Origin: an uncultured Holophaga sp.
GTDB taxonomy: Bacteria > Acidobacteriota > Holophagae > Holophagales > Holophagaceae
Direction of reading: 5' to 3'
Assembly (NCBI GenBank): GCA_963664825.1
Contig: OY761614.1
Location: 928,001 to 992,000, forward strand
DNA: 64,000 bases
The notes beneath the pieces were generated by a model. It saw nothing but the letters and a program-made list of their open reading frames with translations, made no database searches and was not told where the DNA came from. Positions 60,856 to 64,000 of this stretch are shown in pieces. Every line of letters starts with the position of its first letter. Position 1 is the first letter of the stretch. Made by a program: the position numbers and the translations under genes.

Positions 60856-61986
60856 CTACTGGACTCCAGCCGCTTCAGCGGTTTCAGGTTTCGGTGGCGC
60901 CACCAGCAGGGTCGACGGCTGGGGTTTCCCATCGATTCCCATGAGAAAGCGGAATCCCGACAGGAGTTCAGGCTTCAGCAATCGGCTCGGCAAGCCCTCT
61001 GGCGTGGCGACCGGATGGAAGGTGCCTCCATCGGGCCGGAACTCCCACCACAGGACATCCGGATAGGCATCCAGGCTCCGCTGATGGGTCGCGTAGTTTC
61101 CCACCTGCCACGCCGAGACGGTTGCGCCCAGTCCCGAGGTCGGATGGACTTTGCGGGAGAAGAGCACGGCGTCCATGCTCCGGCTGGCCAGCAGCAACTG
61201 GCCATCGGGACACGGCTGGACACCCAGCACCGCGAATTCATCCTCGGAGCTCAGATCGGCGATATCGCGGCCAAACAAGGTGCATACCCTCTCTAGGTTA
61301 CCGCGTTCGGCATTGAAGACCAGGAGCAGGCCATGCCATCCGTCCACGGCCACCACGCGGCCCTCTGTGTGGACAAAGCGGGTCCAGATGCCGAGGGAGT
61401 CCATCGCGGCAAAGGGTTTCCGGAGGGACCATCTCTGGGTTCCAGGAATGGGCTGCCACATCGGAATGCCGAGATCGATGGATTCTTCGAGGGTGACCTC
61501 GCCATCTCCATGGATGTTGGCAATCGCAAAATAGGAAGGTCGGCGGTCGATAACGAATGGATCGGCAAACCCGGCCAGGAGCAGCTTGCCGTTGGCAAGC
61601 AGGCGGAAATCCAGCACCGAGCCCTGCTTCCGGAGTTTCCCCAAGAGTTCCCAATGGTGCCCATCCGGACTCCGATAAAAGCCGTAGCTCCGATCGGCCT
61701 TGTCGTAGCGCCCGCCGAAGAAATACCCCTGGGCTGCGTACCGTGGGGCGATCCCTCCAGGCAGCGGGATGACTTGCGGCCCAGGATCCGCGCGCTTGTG
61801 CCTGAGGTCCTTCGGCAGAGGCTGGAGCACCTCGAAACTCCTAGGGTTCGTGTCCGGCCGAACGCTGACCAGCCTCCCCTCATCCCAGCATTGGCGCGGG
61901 GATGGGGCAGGAATCTGCTGCGCGCGCAGAGCCCCAAGACTCAAGAACAGGCAGGCCGCGCAGAACATCCTTGAGCATTCGCGCAT
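60856..61986 (-). CDS. Hypothetical secreted protein (possible beta-propeller)
   Basis: Signal-peptide-like MFCAACLFLSLGALRAQ; YRSPDG..W motif; start uncertain. Confidence 0.65.
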   Translation of the reverse strand: MRECSRMFCAACLFLSLGALRAQQIPAPSPRQCWDEGRLVSVRPDTNPRSFEVLQPLPKDLRHKRADPGPQVIPLPGGIAPRYAAQGYFFGGRYDKADRSYGFYRSPDGHHWELLGKLRKQGSVLDFRLLANGKLLLAGFADPFVIDRRPSYFAIANIHGDGEVTLEESIDLGIPMWQPIPGTQRWSLRKPFAAMDSLGIWTRFVHTEGRVVAVDGWHGLLLVFNAERGNLERVCTLFGRDIADLSSEDEFAVLGVQPCPDGQLLLASRSMDAVLFSRKVHPTSGLGATVSAWQVGNYATHQRSLDAYPDVLWWEFRPDGGTFHPVATPEGLPSRLLKPELLSGFRFLMGIDGKPQPSTLLVAPPKPETAEAAGVQ

Positions 61987-62239
61987 CGGGGACCCCGGAG
62001 GAAAAGTGCTGTGTGCAGGCAAGGCTAGCCGCATATTCGTCGGCAGGCCCCTGGACGTGATCTTCATGACGCGCTGGTTGATTGTTTATAAAATCCTGTC
62101 CCCCACCTAGGCACATGTCAAAGGGTAAACAGGCGGTGCCCGGGTTCATTGCCAGGCGCGGAAAGGCCTGGCAAGGCCCTTTCCCTGTTTGATCCTCGCG
62201 TTACGAGGGCTATCCTGGAGCCCGTATCAAGGAGTCCCC

Positions 62240-64000
62240 ATGCGCATCGCACCCTCCTCCCTCACCGTCCTGCTCGTTCTGGGGGGCCTGAACTTCGCCC
62301 CAGCCGCCGCGCCCGTGGCCAGGGTTCACGCGACCAAGGGCAAGGGCATCGATCTCGCGGCCATGGACCGGACCGTCATCCCCGGGGACGACTTCTACGC
62401 CTTCGCCAACGGGGCCTGGACCAAGCGCACCGCCATCCCGGCGGATCGGGGTTCCTACGGCATCGGCACGGAGGTGCAGGAGCGCACCAGCGAGCGCATC
62501 GCCGCGCTGATCCGGGATATCGCCCAGGGCAAGGCGAAGCCCAGTGCGGACGCCGCCAAGATCCGGGACTTCTACACCAGTTTCATGGATGAGGCCGGCA
62601 TCGAGGCCCGGGGCCTGAAGCCCCTCCAGCCCACCCTGGACAGGATCCAGGCCATCTCCGACCGCCAGGCCCTGTCCCAGGCCCTGGGAGATACCCTGAG
62701 GGCCGACGTGGATGTGCTCAACGCCACGAGCCTCACCACCCGCAATCTGCTGGGCCTCTGGGTGGCCCAGGACCTGAACGATCCCTCCCGCTACGTGCCC
62801 TTCCTGCTCCAGGGAGGCCTCAGCCTGCCGGACCGGGATTTCTACCTCTCGGCCACCCCCCAGATGGAGACCATCCGCGCGCGCTACCTGGCCCATATCG
62901 CCAAGGTCCTCCAGCTGGCGGGCCTCCCCGACGCCGAGGCCAGGGCCTCACGCATCCTCCAGCTGGAACACCGCATGGCCGAGGCCCACGGCAGCCGCAC
63001 GGAAACAGGCGACGTAAAGAAGGGAAACAATCCCTGGACCCGCCATGACTTCGACACCAAGGCTCCCGGCATGGATTGGGAGGCCTACTTCAAGGCCGCA
63101 GGCCTCAAGGACCAGCAGGCTTTCGTGGTATGGCAACCCGGCGCCCTCACGGGACTCTCGGCCCTGGTGGGTTCCGAATCAATGGATACCTGGAAGGACT
63201 ACCTCACCTACCAGGCTCTGGATGGCGTCTCCAGCGTGCTGCCCAAGGCCTTCGCCGAGGAGCGCTTCGCCTTCTTCGGTCAGACCCTCCAGGGTGTGCC
63301 CCAGCAGCGGGAACGCGCCAAGCGGGGCATCGATTTCACCAGCGTGGCCCTGGGGGAGATCACCGGCAAGCTCTACGTGGAGCGCCATTTCCCCGCTGCC
63401 GATAAGGCCCGAGTCCAGGCCCTGGTGGCCAATATCATGAAGGCCTTCGAGCGCCGCATCGATAACCTGGAATGGATGGCCCCCAGCACCAAGGCCAAGG
63501 CCAAGGCCAAACTGGCGGTCATGAAGGTAGGCGTGGGCTACCCCGATCAATGGACGGACCACGCGGGCCTCACGATCGACCCCAAGGATATCGTCGGCAA
63601 CCTGGAGCGCATCGGGCGCTTCGAGCTGGCGCGGAACCTGAAGAAGCTGGGCAGCCCCGTGGACCGCGCCGAATGGGTGATGACGCCTCAGGTGGTCAAT
63701 GCCGTGAACCTGCCCGCCATGAACGCCATGAACTTCCCGGCAGGGATGCTGCAGCCCCCCTACTTCGACCCCCGGCAACCCGACGCCATGAACTACGGCG
63801 CCATCGGCGCCATCATCGGCCACGAGGTCAGCCATAGCTTCGATGACCAGGGCGCCCTCTTCGACTCGAAGGGCAGGCTCAACAACTGGTGGACCGACGA
63901 GGACATGGCCCACTTCCAGGCCAGCGCCGCCAAGCTGGTGGCTCAGTACAACGGCTACCATCCCCTCCCGGATGTGGCCGTCAATGGCCAGCAGACCCTT
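62240..64000 (+). CDS. M13-family metallopeptidase (PepO/neprilysin-like), 3' end outside window
   Basis: Manually translated: signal peptide, PGDDFYAFANG.W, VNAVN, NYGAIGAIIGHEVSHSFDDQG (HExxH). Confidence 0.93.
   Translation, partial: MRIAPSSLTVLLVLGGLNFAPAAAPVARVHATKGKGIDLAAMDRTVIPGDDFYAFANGAWTKRTAIPADRGSYGIGTEVQERTSERIAALIRDIAQGKAKPSADAAKIRDFYTSFMDEAGIEARGLKPLQPTLDRIQAISDRQALSQALGDTLRADVDVLNATSLTTRNLLGLWVAQDLNDPSRYVPFLLQGGLSLPDRDFYLSATPQMETIRARYLAHIAKVLQLAGLPDAEARASRILQLEHRMAEAHGSRTETGDVKKGNNPWTRHDFDTKAPGMDWEAYFKAAGLKDQQAFVVWQPGALTGLSALVGSESMDTWKDYLTYQALDGVSSVLPKAFAEERFAFFGQTLQGVPQQRERAKRGIDFTSVALGEITGKLYVERHFPAADKARVQALVANIMKAFERRIDNLEWMAPSTKAKAKAKLAVMKVGVGYPDQWTDHAGLTIDPKDIVGNLERIGRFELARNLKKLGSPVDRAEWVMTPQVVNAVNLPAMNAMNFPAGMLQPPYFDPRQPDAMNYGAIGAIIGHEVSHSFDDQGALFDSKGRLNNWWTDEDMAHFQASAAKLVAQYNGYHPLPDVAVNGQQTL

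Overview
High-GC bacterial chromosomal segment with a diderm envelope. Gene content and protein style suggest Acidobacteriota, probably Holophagaceae (Geothrix/Holophaga-like); this is inference. The backbone is housekeeping: a SAM-I riboswitch-controlled homocysteine methyltransferase/MTHFR, recN, ribE, cdd, def-fmt, ppiD, serS, mreBCD-mrdA-rodA-ligA, pepD, mfd and an M13 peptidase. Notable features: (1) an intact, translationally coupled gatE-gatD pair, the Glu-tRNA(Gln) amidotransferase classically regarded as archaea-specific, in an unambiguously bacterial context; (2) two diverged copies of a lower-GC four-gene outer-membrane module (beta-barrel, Oar-like TonB-dependent transporter, beta-barrel, unknown secreted protein); (3) two independent 91-97 bp duplications of gene 3' ends (serS, glutaredoxin) tied to small structured REP-like elements; (4) a coupled EctA-like GNAT / PlsC-type acyltransferase / agmatinase operon that may make an amino-lipid; (5) Myxococcus-type polarity-like proteins (RomR-like, SgmX-like); (6) a CsgG-DUF4810-DUF799 lipoprotein islet. 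No rRNA, tRNA, CRISPR array, integrase or transposase was recognised. All family calls are from motif recognition by eye, not database searches.
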